Assembly: GCA_937996665.1 (NCBI GenBank)
Contig: CALKUU010000263.1
Span: 1,337-65,336 of the forward strand
Direction: 5' to 3'
Length of the DNA stretch: 64,000 nucleotides
From: an uncultured Xenococcaceae cyanobacterium
Lineage (GTDB): Bacteria > Cyanobacteriota > Cyanobacteriia > Cyanobacteriales > Xenococcaceae
The notes below the pieces were generated by a model. That model searched no databases. It was not told the DNA's origin and saw only the letters and a program-made list of their open reading frames with translations. Each line of letters begins with the position of its first letter. Position 1 is the first letter of the stretch. Below are positions 1 to 10,461 of the stretch, in pieces. Made by a program: the position numbers and the translations under genes.

Positions 1-868
1 GTTTGGGTGCTCCCGTAATTGAGGCACAAGGAAACAAAGCCGTCATAATTTCTGGTAAAGTTGCTTTGCTCTGGGCTGTAACTGTTGAGGTCATTTGCCA
101 AAGAGTAGGATATTGCTCAACCTCAAACAAACTCGGAACTTTAACTGTATTTGGTTCGGCAACTCGGGCGAGATCGTTGCGAATCATATCCACAATCATC
201 ACATTCTCAGCGCGATTTTTAGCTGAAGTTTGCAACCATTTAGCTGATTGGCGATCGCCGTCAATTGAATAACCTCTAGCAACTGTTCCTTTCATGGGGC
301 GAGTTGTAATTGTCTGGTCTTGCCAGCGAAAAAATAATTCTGGTGAAGCCGAACAGATTACAAAATCTTCTAAATCTAGGTAGGCAGAGTAGTTTGCTTG
401 TTGACCTTGGGCAAGTTGCAAAAAGTATAACCAGGGATCGGCGGTGAAATTTGCTTGCAACCTCATTGTGTAGTTGACTTGATAGGTATTTCCTTGGCGG
501 ATGTTTTGTTTGATTTCGGCGATCGCCTGGTTATATTCTGCTGGGGTGATTGTCGGCGACCAGTCAAGATCGAACTTTTGGCTGTTTGCTTGTTCTGGTA
601 GGGTGATTATTTCTGGTTCGCTGAAGAGTCCAAACCAGAGCAGGGGAAAAGTATCTGTTTTGTGGGCATAGAGCGCACTATCAAAAGCGGGCGTAGCCTC
701 ATAACTAAGAAACCCAGCAGCATAAAGTTTTTTTTCTTCAACTAGTTTGTTTACTAGTTTGAAGTTGGCTAACACTGAAGTTAAATCATTAGTCGTAATG
801 ATTTGCTGGGGTTGACTAAATCTCAGCCAATGCTGTTGCTGTGCATCATAAAGAATAATCTGATTCAT
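1..868 (-). CDS. pabB: Aminodeoxychorismate synthase component I (runs off the window start; 3' end missing)
   Basis: Not in the ORF track. Manual translation from the ATG at 868 gives MNQIILYDAQQQHW...GNTYQVNYT...SASPELFF...TRPMKGT...KNRAENVIIVDMIRNDL...LFPCASITGAPK, which are chorismate-binding PabB/TrpE motifs. Confidence 0.9.
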   Translation of the reverse strand, partial: MNQIILYDAQQQHWLRFSQPQQIITTNDLTSVLANFKLVNKLVEEKKLYAAGFLSYEATPAFDSALYAHKTDTFPLLWFGLFSEPEIITLPEQANSQKFDLDWSPTITPAEYNQAIAEIKQNIRQGNTYQVNYTMRLQANFTADPWLYFLQLAQGQQANYSAYLDLEDFVICSASPELFFRWQDQTITTRPMKGTVARGYSIDGDRQSAKWLQTSAKNRAENVMIVDMIRNDLARVAEPNTVKVPSLFEVEQYPTLWQMTSTVTAQSKATLPEIMTALFPCASITGAPK

Positions 869-1107
869 TGGCTTTGTGGTTCGAAATCTAGTCAGCAAAT
901 GGCTTGATTCGCTTAGTTAAAATATACAAACTTATTGGTGCTCTTGATCTGCCAAAAATAATAGGTAGAGATTTGTTTCCTAAATCACTACCAGTATGTC
1001 CCTAAACTAAATTGCCAGGGTATTTATTTTTAAGCTAATTTAAATCCTTTTCTGCAAATATCATGTCAAGCCAATCTCATCCAAGTTGGCATGATTTTGG
1101 CTATAAC

Positions 1108-1464
1108 TTACATGACACGGAAAATGAAAGGATAGCGGAATTCAGAATCGGGATCTTGGAGGCAATGAAAGACCGCCCAGATCGAAAATCCCCACTGATA
1201 TAAAAACCAGATAGGTGCGAGGATAAATCCAGTTATCCCAAAAGTCAAAAAGGATATAGCCCCAAAAATCGCCCCAATCACCCAAATATTGAGGTGAAAA
1301 TTAATTGCCTCTTTGGCATTAGCTTGCGTAATCGAGTCGTCTGAAATGAAGTAAATAACAATGGGAATGGCAATGGAAACTACCAGTGAACTGATGAAAA
1401 TCGAACCGTGAGAAATTGCGGAGAGCAGTTTTCGTTTGTCTGCGTTAGAAGAGTCTGTTTGCAT
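1108..1464 (-). CDS. DUF4870 family membrane protein
   Basis: 118 aa with three hydrophobic segments; KEAINFHLN and FRYPFIFR are typical of the family. Confidence 0.8.
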   Translation of the reverse strand: MQTDSSNADKRKLLSAISHGSIFISSLVVSIAIPIVIYFISDDSITQANAKEAINFHLNIWVIGAIFGAISFLTFGITGFILAPIWFLYQWGFSIWAVFHCLQDPDSEFRYPFIFRVM

Positions 1465-1609
1465 CTTATTTTTAGATTTAACTCAACGTTGAATACATTT
1501 TTATAGTAACTTTCCTTGGTGCAAGGGCAATAGTGCTGTTTTTGCTCTTGTTTTGGCAAGTTTTCCGTACCTTGTCTCGGTTTGGATAAAGAATTTATTG
1601 CTTTTTAAG

Positions 1610-2419
1610 CTAATTTTGATCCGACTCTGAAATTGACCAACCTAATTTGCTTGGTTGCTGATAGATTTTTTTGAGAGTGTTGATATCTCTGGCTGAGATT
1701 GGTGGGGTATTGCGAACCTGAGAAAAGTAGAGTGCATCGCTTTCTAAATCACTATGCCCCCAAATTCCCAAGGCATGACCCAACTCATGGCGAGCTGCTG
1801 ATAAAGTTGCGATCGCTGATAAATCGGGGCTAATTTTTAGAAACATCCGATGGGCTAGTTTCTTCTGTGCTGCTTCTGCTTGGAGGTAAAACTCGTAACT
1901 AGTTTGGGCGGTAATAGTACGGGGAATGTCATACAATCCCGTATCAGGGTTGAGTTTCGCTTTTCTAGGCACTTCGGATCGCTTTATTAGAATGTCCGCA
2001 GAGTCTGGATTGTTAACTATTTGTAGTGGTAGATAGTTACCCCATTCGGCGATCGCCTCTTTAATTGCTTTCTCCCACTGCTGGGAGCGAATTAGGTTAG
2101 CTGTCGATTCTTGATTTGCCTGCTCTGGAGATTGCTCAAAATAGATCTTAATCGGGAATTGCGACCATACCAAATAACCGACAGGGGTAGTTTCTATTAA
2201 CTCAAAATAATCATCAGTGGCATTCGGATCTTGCCATTTAGCAAGGGAGTTGGGCAGTGGGTGGATTTGGCTTGCTGGTAAAGAGTTACTAAACGCTGGA
2301 AATTCTCTAATTGTTGATAAAGAAAAGAGGAGAGCGATCGTAATTAGAGAAATAATCCAAGATTTTTTGTGGAATGATTTTTTCTTGAGTAACCTACCTT
2401 CTAATTGCTTTTTTCTCAT
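1610..2419 (-). CDS. Matrixin-like (M10-type) zinc metallopeptidase
   Basis: HELGHALGIWGHS zinc motif (HExxHxxGxxH); N-terminal hydrophobic anchor. Confidence 0.8.
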   Translation of the reverse strand: MRKKQLEGRLLKKKSFHKKSWIISLITIALLFSLSTIREFPAFSNSLPASQIHPLPNSLAKWQDPNATDDYFELIETTPVGYLVWSQFPIKIYFEQSPEQANQESTANLIRSQQWEKAIKEAIAEWGNYLPLQIVNNPDSADILIKRSEVPRKAKLNPDTGLYDIPRTITAQTSYEFYLQAEAAQKKLAHRMFLKISPDLSAIATLSAARHELGHALGIWGHSDLESDALYFSQVRNTPPISARDINTLKKIYQQPSKLGWSISESDQN

Positions 2420-2462
2420 TGAAAATTTTTTTACAATCTAAATCAGTTGAGTTTCAAAACAA

Positions 2463-2499
2463 AGCAGGCTAGTAACTTGATTGTTAAGACTAGCCTGCT
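2463..2499 (-). terminator. Stem-loop downstream of the DUF3386 gene
   Basis: AGCAGGCTAGT / ACTAGCCTGCT perfect 11-bp inverted repeat. Confidence 0.5.
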
Positions 2500-2575
2500 A
2501 ACTATTTATCTAGTATTTTGAATGCTTCGTTGCTCTAACTCTGTGGTTGTTAAGTTAAAAAATATTTTTTACCGA

Positions 2576-3220
2576 TTACGCTAATAGTTCAATATCAGTA
2601 AAATTATATTCCACGACTGAAGTATTCCCTTCTGCATCTAAGCTTTTAATCGTTCTTTTTACCAAAAGGTAGTAGTTGCCAACTTTTTCAAAATCATCAA
2701 CAAAATTAGTTTTGGATGTGTTTGGTTCTCTAGTTTCAGGATCAAGGTAAAAAGACTCGTATTCTGCTGATAAATAGCCACTTTCAGTCATGAATGTTTT
2801 CAAAGTGTTGATATTAACTATTTTGTCTCTGATGCGACGATTGACAAAACAAACAGTATTATCTCGCACTTTATAACTATTCCCTTCCGAAGCACCCCCG
2901 ATTAAAATCTCTTTGGCGCCTGTTTCATCTTCAGCTCCAAAAGAAAAAGTATTTTTGCCATGAGATTCTTCAAAGCTATGCTTTACTCGGTGAATAGTCA
3001 TTTCCCAAAGCTGACCTTGGATTGACTTTTTGGCTTTAGGATCTTCAACTCCAGAAACCTCAAAGGATAAATCAGCTTTTACAAGTGCCTGAGCTGTAAA
3101 CTGCTCTTCGCCACTTTTCATGGTTACGTTAGCGCGATAACCAGGAAAATCTTGATCCCAAGTGTAGCGATTTTCGTAAGCAGCACGAAAAAAATCTTGG
3201 GCAGTTATAGTTTGAGTCAT
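2576..3220 (-). CDS. DUF3386 family protein
   Basis: N-terminal FFRAAYENRYTWDQDFPGY is the conserved cyanobacterial signature. Confidence 0.85.
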   Translation of the reverse strand: MTQTITAQDFFRAAYENRYTWDQDFPGYRANVTMKSGEEQFTAQALVKADLSFEVSGVEDPKAKKSIQGQLWEMTIHRVKHSFEESHGKNTFSFGAEDETGAKEILIGGASEGNSYKVRDNTVCFVNRRIRDKIVNINTLKTFMTESGYLSAEYESFYLDPETREPNTSKTNFVDDFEKVGNYYLLVKRTIKSLDAEGNTSVVEYNFTDIELLA

Positions 3221-3349
3221 AGCTTTTTTGTACTAGTCAGAAATAAATACTTAACAATTATCAATTCTAGCGTTAAGGACAACTTTAACGTCTTGTCAAT
3301 TTTTGATGTGTTTAGTCAACACTATCAATAAATTGTTTGTCCACCACTG

Positions 3350-3817
3350 TTATTTACTTTTATTGAGTAAGTTATTAACCACTGTATCTAGGGAAAATAA
3401 ACCGCCGCCATTAACTGCAAAAAGCAAGTAACTTAAGCAGTAGAGTGATGCTGTCTCTAAAGGTCCGACATTTAGTCCATCAACTTTAAGATGGAAATAA
3501 ATAGCAACAATCATAGTTGCAACTAGGGATAGGGCGCTAAATCTGGTCAATAATCCTAGGGCTAAAAGAATCGCCCCGACTATTTCGGTATAAGCTGCAC
3601 AATATGTAAATAAGACAGGAAAAGGCAAGCCAATTACCGCAACAACATGTTCGGCAAATCCAGAAACATCAGCTAATTTGTCCAAGCCGTTATGAATCAT
3701 TAATAGACCAACTAGAACTCTCGCTACAAACCAGATCGCTTGAAATAAGTAGCTATCGCTAGATCCAGATCCGAAGAGACTGTTGCCTAAAGAGGCAGAT
3801 TTTGAAATATTAGTCAT
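3350..3817 (-). CDS. DoxX family membrane protein
   Basis: RVLVGLLMIHNGLDKL and AAYTEIVGAILLALGLLTR; four TM segments. Confidence 0.85.
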   Translation of the reverse strand: MTNISKSASLGNSLFGSGSSDSYLFQAIWFVARVLVGLLMIHNGLDKLADVSGFAEHVVAVIGLPFPVLFTYCAAYTEIVGAILLALGLLTRFSALSLVATMIVAIYFHLKVDGLNVGPLETASLYCLSYLLFAVNGGGLFSLDTVVNNLLNKSK

Positions 3818-4000
3818 TTTTACAAGTTGATTTTAATGAAATTGAAATTTAGTACAGTTTGAATTTGAGATTAAGCTTAGCAATGGTCTCTTGTCTAATT
3901 ATCTAATTTATTGACCAAATAATTCTCAAGAATTGCTATTGTTCTTTTTTTTGTTGAAATTGATAGTTTTTTCTCTGCTAATGTTTGGATCTTAAAATAA

Positions 4001-4432
4001 TTAGCGATCGCCAATTATCGCATTTTTAATAGGTTTAAAAATAGCTTCTTGATGAGTATAGAATTTAAACTCCAAAAAGTTATAAAAAGGATCTTCTAAG
4101 AAAAAAGTCCAATGCTCTATTTCTGTTCCTGAAAAACGCAATCTTGGTTCTTGATAAAAAGATAGCTGCCGATCTTTTGCTTTGATAATTAAATTATCCC
4201 AGTCATTTTTGTTCTCGAAAACTAAACCAAAATGTCTAGGATAAATTCCCTGCTGCCGATTTAGTTGCTCTTTGGTGATATGTGCTACTAATTGGTTGCC
4301 ATAAAAGTTGAAAATAATTGCATAAGCAGTTACTCTGCCAACCTGACAACCTAATCCCTGGGCGTAAAATTCTTTTGCCAAACCAATATTATTAATCGGA
4401 ATTGCTAGGTGAAAAAATACTTTGTTTTGCAT
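4001..4432 (-). CDS. VOC/glyoxalase family protein
   Basis: FHLAIP, FYAQGLGC, HFGLVF and FFLEDPFYNFLEFK motifs. Confidence 0.85.
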   Translation of the reverse strand: MQNKVFFHLAIPINNIGLAKEFYAQGLGCQVGRVTAYAIIFNFYGNQLVAHITKEQLNRQQGIYPRHFGLVFENKNDWDNLIIKAKDRQLSFYQEPRLRFSGTEIEHWTFFLEDPFYNFLEFKFYTHQEAIFKPIKNAIIGDR

Positions 4433-4726
4433 ATGGATTTACAAAAATATCAAATCTAATTTGTCTACTTTTAGTAATAAAATTGATGCTGTTTGATTGA
4501 TTTTTTTTACTTATAAATGGTGTTTAAAATTGCTTAATAAAAAAATAATATTAAGACAGGCCAAATTCCGTAAACCATTACTAGTCAAGACTTATTTCTT
4601 AAAAATTGTTAAATTTTTGTTCGAAAAGGGTATATTCTAGTCTATGGCGATTAATTTATCTTGCTATTGATTATGGATATCTAAATCGTCATAAGTTTAT
4701 AAAAGTATATTAATTGATTAAAAAAA

Positions 4727-5257
4727 ATGGGACAACGTGGAGTAGCTGTTTGGTTTACAGGATTTAGTGGTGCAGGTAAAACGACTATTGCAGAGGCTTT
4801 AGCTGCGGAGTTAACCAAGCAAAATTTTGGTTTTGAAATTTTAGATGGCGATGAGATCAGAGAAAATTTAACCAAGGGTTTGGGTTTCTCTAAAGAAGAT
4901 CGTGACAAAAACATTCGGAGAATCGGTTTTGTTGCTAAGCTTTTGGCTCGCAATGGCGTAATTGTTTTAGTCCCCGTTATTTCTCCTTATCGTGAGATTA
5001 GAGACGAAATGCGTGGTCAGATTGATAATTTTATTGAAGTCTTTGCTAATGCGCCCATTGAAGTATGTGAAGAGCGTGATGTCAAAGGACTATACAAAAA
5101 AGTAAGAGCTGGTGAAATTAAGCAGTTTACTGGTATTAGCGACCCTTACGAACCTCCTTTGAATCCTGAAGTTGAGTGTCGTACCGACCTCGAAGAATTG
5201 GATGAAAGCGTTGCCAAAATTATGAACAAGCTTAAAGAGTTAAACTATATCGACTAA
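4727..5257 (+). CDS. cysC: Adenylyl-sulfate kinase
   Basis: VWFTGFSGAGKTT P-loop; LDGDEIR, RDVKGLYKK, FTGISDPYEPP. Confidence 0.95.
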   Translation: MGQRGVAVWFTGFSGAGKTTIAEALAAELTKQNFGFEILDGDEIRENLTKGLGFSKEDRDKNIRRIGFVAKLLARNGVIVLVPVISPYREIRDEMRGQIDNFIEVFANAPIEVCEERDVKGLYKKVRAGEIKQFTGISDPYEPPLNPEVECRTDLEELDESVAKIMNKLKELNYID

Positions 5258-5407
5258 CATTCCTGTCAAGTAAAACTCGTTTTTGATTTTTGGATAGCTA
5301 CTTGCTAATTTGCTTGGATGTTGATCATTAATGATCACTGTCCTTCGCACTTGTAAGGCTATCCGTTTTTTTGTTTTATCGTTTGTAAGTAAAAAGTACG
5401 AAATAAT

Positions 5408-5779
5408 TTGAGACAAGAGATATTCAAACCTGGTCAAATAGTTTGCCTAGAAACCGAAGACTCTACTCTTTATGGTGAAGTTATCCAAATAGTACCTCGT
5501 CGTCAGTTGTGTTGGGCAAGACCTCTAACTATTGTTTCTAGGCAGGCGATCGCAAATTCTTCTTTTAATCCTGATTCAAATCTAGAAATGATTGATTTGC
5601 GTTCTGCCTCAGATTTATTGTTACCGATCGCTCTTTTTAGATCTAGCTATGATACTGAAGCTATTGGGATCTTAGCTGAGCTATCTTCTCTGGAATTGGT
5701 AAGCGATCAACACCAGGAATTTTTCAACTTAAATAATTTTGTCCGAGAACTATGCAAAAATAATCAGGACAAATTTTAA
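5408..5779 (+). CDS. Conserved cyanobacterial hypothetical protein
   Basis: 123 aa ORF with a TTG start; LYGEVIQIV...CWARPL and DLRSASDLLLP resemble a cyanobacterial hypothetical family. Confidence 0.6.
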   Translation: MRQEIFKPGQIVCLETEDSTLYGEVIQIVPRRQLCWARPLTIVSRQAIANSSFNPDSNLEMIDLRSASDLLLPIALFRSSYDTEAIGILAELSSLELVSDQHQEFFNLNNFVRELCKNNQDKF

Positions 5780-5991
5780 TTAGAGTATGGCATTCTAAAT
5801 CTTGAGTATTTAAAGCTCTAACTTGATATCTAACAAAATGAACTTGAGCTGGCGTATTTCTTTATACTCAGAAAGCAAAAGAAAACAACTAATAATTAGC
5901 ATCTCGATCGGGTTTTGAAACCAAACCACTATCCTAATCATTAATTGTTTCCTCTGATAAATAAGGTCAAAATAGTTGATTCTAAATTGAG

Positions 5992-6753
5992 TTATTTTGT
6001 TGCCGTTTGACGGTAAGGAACGCTGCTCAAACTAACATTTGCCGCAGAAACCTTAGGTGTTTCTCTTCCACTAATATCAAGACTTCTTGCCATGTTCATA
6101 TACAAAGCGGGATCTCCAGCTTTGGGTTTTTGCTCCTGAGGAGTAAAACGACGAACCTGACTTTGCCAGATAGTTTTGGGAAATCCTAAAACTGCTCTAT
6201 AGTAGCTGTCATAACGAGGAGACTTAATATTAAATGGTAATTCTCCTCCATCTCTAGAGGGCAATACTCGACGACGTTGGTATGGAAGGGTATCGTAACC
6301 AAAATTATCTAAGTACTCTTCGCTTTCTAATAAACTATCGACAAAACCTTCTTTCCCTTTAGTTGCAACTATAATTGACCAAGCAAGTTTCTCTTGTTCA
6401 TTGTAAATATCTCTTCCGAGTATTCTTTGAACACACTGCTCTACAAAACGATAGTTACTATTTTTTGAGTAAAAGCTATTGTTAAACGTATTAGATAGCA
6501 TTAAGCCACGAACAAAATCTCTAACCGTAATTTGACCATCACGTAATTGAGATTCTAAAAATGGCTCTCGATCAGCCTTAAATGCATGAAAGAAAATTTG
6601 ACGATAAGCTGCCTCAATCAGATCGTCCATATCAGTCGAAGAAAGTAGGTTCTCCGCTGAGTAAATTCTGGGTTGGTCATCACCAGAAACCTCATATCCC
6701 GTAACCCGAGAATTTTGAGTAACTGGCTTATAACCCAATAGAGGAATAGACAA
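5992..6753 (-). CDS. cpcG: Phycobilisome rod-core linker CpcG (hydrophilic C-terminus, not CpcL type)
   Basis: [10 protein letters not shown]...[14 protein letters not shown]...[15 protein letters not shown]...PYQRRRVLP; no C-terminal TM helix. Confidence 0.95.
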   Translation of the reverse strand: MSIPLLGYKPVTQNSRVTGYEVSGDDQPRIYSAENLLSSTDMDDLIEAAYRQIFFHAFKADREPFLESQLRDGQITVRDFVRGLMLSNTFNNSFYSKNSNYRFVEQCVQRILGRDIYNEQEKLAWSIIVATKGKEGFVDSLLESEEYLDNFGYDTLPYQRRRVLPSRDGGELPFNIKSPRYDSYYRAVLGFPKTIWQSQVRRFTPQEQKPKAGDPALYMNMARSLDISGRETPKVSAANVSLSSVPYRQTATK

Positions 6754-6833
6754 GTCAAGACCTCCGCCTAGTTTGTATAATATAAAATCTTAATCTCGAT
6801 ACTACCTTAGTCACGTACTTAAAATTAAGGATA

Positions 6834-6851
6834 GTAACAAAATATTACAGG
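6834..6851. promoter_or_regulatory. Possible HLR1-like (RpaB) direct repeat upstream of cpcG
   Basis: GTAACAAA-AT-ATTACAGG loosely fits (G/T)TTACA(T/A)(T/A)-N2 repeated; several mismatches. Confidence 0.25.
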
Positions 6852-6897
6852 ATCTCAGATTTTATTATCATACTATCAAAATGCCTCGTTGATTCTT

Positions 6898-7488
6898 TTA
6901 CCAACCGCAAATTGCATGGGCTTTGCTTGTTGTGGTTTGATCGGGTTTTGTTTCTTCTACTACCCTAACTTCAGCGCAAAAAGTAGCTGTATTAAAGCCT
7001 CCAAATCTTTGAACTGTGCTGCTTCTCAAGCGAAGATTTGGGTTAATAAACCAAAATCTTTCATAGATTGTCATGGTTTCATATTCAGTAATTAAAACCA
7101 AGCCATCTTCGTCATCCATTGAAAACTCTCCAGCGACAGGGACAATCTCCGCATAGCCCCTTTCTCTCAAAAGCTTTCCTTTTCTGGGATCTTCTTGGTC
7201 GGGAATTAGGGCAAAAACTGTTGTTCCTTTGTGGTCTTCATTATCTTTATCCCAAGCCATCGCGCCATCCCAACTAACAAAGGCGCCTCCACTAGATAGC
7301 TTTGCATCCACTGAATGCATCTGACAGATTTCGATGATTTTGTCATCATTTGCTGCTAATGATTCAACTTGAATGTCCGAGGTTCCACTCTCAGCTCTTC
7401 TAAAAGGTAGATGATGGGTGGTTCTCTGTGAATTCCAATGACCTGCACTACGCTGGAAAAAATCCACTGCGTCTTTTATTTTTTCCAT
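6898..7488 (-). CDS. cpcS: Phycobiliprotein lyase, CpcS-I type
   Basis: FFQRSAGHWNSQRTTHHLPFRRAESG, LLRERGYAEIVPVAG, ERFWFINPNLRLR. Confidence 0.9.
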   Translation of the reverse strand: MEKIKDAVDFFQRSAGHWNSQRTTHHLPFRRAESGTSDIQVESLAANDDKIIEICQMHSVDAKLSSGGAFVSWDGAMAWDKDNEDHKGTTVFALIPDQEDPRKGKLLRERGYAEIVPVAGEFSMDDEDGLVLITEYETMTIYERFWFINPNLRLRSSTVQRFGGFNTATFCAEVRVVEETKPDQTTTSKAHAICGW

Positions 7489-7867
7489 TTGATTTGCTGA
7501 TTAAGCGTAAAATTTTTACTTCAATATTCTGGCTATCTATCCTTATATCTAATATACAGATTATTCCTAACTCTTGAGTTTAGTTAGGGATAATTCTGCT
7601 GCTCCAAAATTATTCTCATAATTCGCGAAATTTTTTTTTTGAGGAGTTGATTTTTTCTCATTTTTTGGCGCCTTCTGTAGCTAATCATGCCAAATAATGA
7701 TTTTATTTCTCTGTTTTGTATTAAGAATTATTAACTAGATTAGTTTTAGCTTGACAAGTTCGACAAAGTATAGGTGCTATGCTAGATTTGTTAGCAACTG
7801 GAATTCTACAAGCAAATCAAAATTGCCTGTAATATTCCGCTTAACTACATGCTGAGGAGGTCCGGTT

Positions 7868-8035
7868 ATGAATTTACCTGCAAACTTAACTTTAGAGCAG
7901 CAATTCAAATTACAAGTTCTTACTGAACAAGTAGAAACTCTCTCTAAAGAACAAGCCCAAGAGTACTTGTTGGAAATGTTTCGTCAAATGATGGTGAAAG
8001 ACAATTTAGTCAAACATTTGATGAAAAACGCCTAA
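7868..8035 (+). CDS. nblA: Phycobilisome degradation adaptor NblA (55 aa, below the ORF-track cutoff)
   Basis: GGAGG RBS at about 7856-7860, then MNLPANLTLEQQFKLQVLTEQVETLSKEQAQEYLLEMFRQMMVKDNLVKHLMKNA*, with the NblA signature LTLEQQF...LSxEQA...QMMVKDN. Confidence 0.92.
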   Translation: MNLPANLTLEQQFKLQVLTEQVETLSKEQAQEYLLEMFRQMMVKDNLVKHLMKNA

Positions 8036-8245
8036 GCTCTAAACTTGTGTCTAAAAAAGTGTGTTGTTAAACATAAAAGATTTTGGTTAAGAAGATTGGT
8101 TAGTAGAAAAATTTACAAATCATTTTAGGAACGATTCAAATAAATCTTTTGTTTTCTAGCTTCACTCTTCAAAAGATTCTCAATACATTATTGATATATA
8201 GAGTTATTAAGTCTTGCTTAATTGTCGTTACTGCTCTTTTTTGTT

Positions 8246-9007
8246 TTAAGGCAAATGTTGAATTAGATAGTAGATTAATGGTGCAATTGCGATCGCTGGA
8301 ATAAAAGACGCAACCTTAATTTGAGTAATTTCCAGAAGGTTTAGTCCGATTCCTACTACCAAAAGTCCTCCTATTCCCGAAGTTAGTAAAATAGCAGGGT
8401 CTGAGTCTGGAGCGGTTATCTGAGAAGAGATGCTTCCTGCTGCCAAAGATAGACTCCCTTGGTAGAAAAAAATAGTCAGAACCGAAAACCCGACTCCAAT
8501 CCCATAAATATTGCTTAAGGGTAGGGAAACTAATCCATCCATAGTTGCCTTAACTGTGAGCAGAGAATTATCTCCTGTCAAACCATTATGTAGGCAGCCG
8601 ATTAAAGTCATCGGTCCTATACAAAATAGTAGGCTACTTGCGACAAACCCTTCTGTAAATAATCCTTGTCCGTTAAATCTTTTTTTTAAACTGTTGCCCA
8701 AATTATGGAGATGATTTTCGATTAACAATAATTCCCCGATAATTCCTCCTATTACGATTGCAAGAAGACCTAAAATTACTCCCGCTAGACCTTTTACTTC
8801 AATGGAGTTAAGAGAATTTGCCATGCTCAAACCAATCCAGATTGTAATTAAGCCAATTCCTTGTGTAATAACTAATCGGATTTTTTTACTAAGTTGGTTT
8901 TTTAAAGCCAGACCCAAGGTAGTCCCAACTATCACCGCCAATATATTTATCCAAGTTCCACTCGTTTTGACCCAAAAATCAATCATTAAAAAATTCGCTA
9001 ACAACAA
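8246..9007 (-). CDS. DUF554 family membrane protein
   Basis: GTWINILAVIVG, EGFVASSLLFCIGPMTLIG, KATMDG. Confidence 0.9.
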   Translation of the reverse strand: MLLANFLMIDFWVKTSGTWINILAVIVGTTLGLALKNQLSKKIRLVITQGIGLITIWIGLSMANSLNSIEVKGLAGVILGLLAIVIGGIIGELLLIENHLHNLGNSLKKRFNGQGLFTEGFVASSLLFCIGPMTLIGCLHNGLTGDNSLLTVKATMDGLVSLPLSNIYGIGVGFSVLTIFFYQGSLSLAAGSISSQITAPDSDPAILLTSGIGGLLVVGIGLNLLEITQIKVASFIPAIAIAPLIYYLIQHLP

Positions 9008-9134
9008 ATAGCCCTGAAAACCCGATAACGATTCAATACTAAACCGAAACCCAGCTTCTAGAGCTATTTATTAAGCCTATTGGTACGACAGATTTTAGTT
9101 AGTTAAAAATGCCATTGCAATTAGTCACTAACAA

Positions 9135-9851
9135 TTATTCTGCTGTTGCTAATTCTGTGCTGCCCCGAGTGCGTCGGCGAGTCAAGGTATTGAAAAGCAT
9201 AGTGCCGATCGCTTTAACTAGATTACCTTCTAATTCTTGGAATACTCGCATATTTAAGCCAAAAGCATCATTGGCTTCTTCCACAATTAGCTCAGCCATT
9301 TCCATATCTACAGGCAAATCATTCATTGCTTGACGATAGGTATCTTTAAAAGCTTTCTCATCACTGATGTCATCGAATTCGTAAAAGGCAGTTCCTTCTC
9401 CATCGGAAAGATTCATTGCTTTCTGTGAAATTTTCTTGAGAATTTGACCTCCAGAAAGATCTCCTAGATACCGAGTGTAAGAATGAGCAACGAGAAGTTC
9501 TGGTTGAGTCTTAGCAATCTCATGAATTCTCTCAACATAGTCTTTAGCAGAATCGGAAATCCTAATTTCATCTTGCCAATTTTTGCCAAAGTAGAAATGT
9601 AAATCACTCTCCAATGTTTGCTTACGATTCAACTTGGGAAAATAGATTTTGGAAATGATCTCATGATCTTTCAATTTTTCCATTTCCTCTTCCATTGCAG
9701 AATATACGAAGTATAGGTCTGCTACTAGTTTCCGATAAGACTTCTTCTCAACCACTCCTTTGAGAAAGCATTTTACAAAACCTACATTCTCAGCCATCGT
9801 GTGAGACTTTTTCGTTCCTTCACGCAACATTGTCGCTAAATTAACGCTCAT
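9135..9851 (-). CDS. ho1: Ferredoxin-dependent heme oxygenase (biliverdin producing)
   Basis: LREGTKKSHTMAENVGFVKCFLKG; HSYTRYLGDLSGGQIL. Confidence 0.95.
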   Translation of the reverse strand: MSVNLATMLREGTKKSHTMAENVGFVKCFLKGVVEKKSYRKLVADLYFVYSAMEEEMEKLKDHEIISKIYFPKLNRKQTLESDLHFYFGKNWQDEIRISDSAKDYVERIHEIAKTQPELLVAHSYTRYLGDLSGGQILKKISQKAMNLSDGEGTAFYEFDDISDEKAFKDTYRQAMNDLPVDMEMAELIVEEANDAFGLNMRVFQELEGNLVKAIGTMLFNTLTRRRTRGSTELATAE

Positions 9852-10461
9852 ACTAAAAATATCCTGCTTCTAAAAAACTAACGATCTGTTGTTAAAGATC
9901 TATTCTTATAACCTTTCATTCTTTAAGAGAATTGATCCAAAGGCTTATCTGGTTAGATTAAACCTATTTAATAAGAATTTTCATTAAGAATTTTTACATC
10001 AGGCTAGTTGTAAGTTAACAATTTGTTGTTTTTGCGATTTTTCCTCACTTAAATTTTCTGAACAGAAGCTCAATACTCTAATCTTGCCTAAATTTGCCCT
10101 TGAATCTCTTTGCCTCCATCGCTTCTTTCTTCCTAGCATCTCGATTCTAAAAAACCCATTTTTCTTGCCTGTCTAGCCACTATTTTGACAATAATTCTCT
10201 AATTTTTCACCTTGATAAATTAGGATTGGCTAAAATTGTAAATGTGTGCTCAAAGTTACGAACTTCAAAGAAACATTACCTGAATAATAAGGATTGTATT
10301 AAGTGAATAAGTTTTTGGTAGGTAAATAGCATATTATCTTAGACAGGCATTAATGCTTATCAATTGGGTAGAGATGTTGATTTAGTCTATTAAAAATATT
10401 TTGGCTTAAATTGAATCCAAACTTTATTCAAATAATCACATAAAATAACTTATAAAAGAGA

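Noticed and set aside
3-272. Plus-strand 89-aa ORF
   Set aside because: It is the antisense shadow of pabB, which carries the recognisable motifs on the minus strand.
10000-10145. Possible ~46-aa minus-strand ORF (MLGRKKRWRQ...) upstream of ho1
   Set aside because: No recognisable family and no clear RBS.
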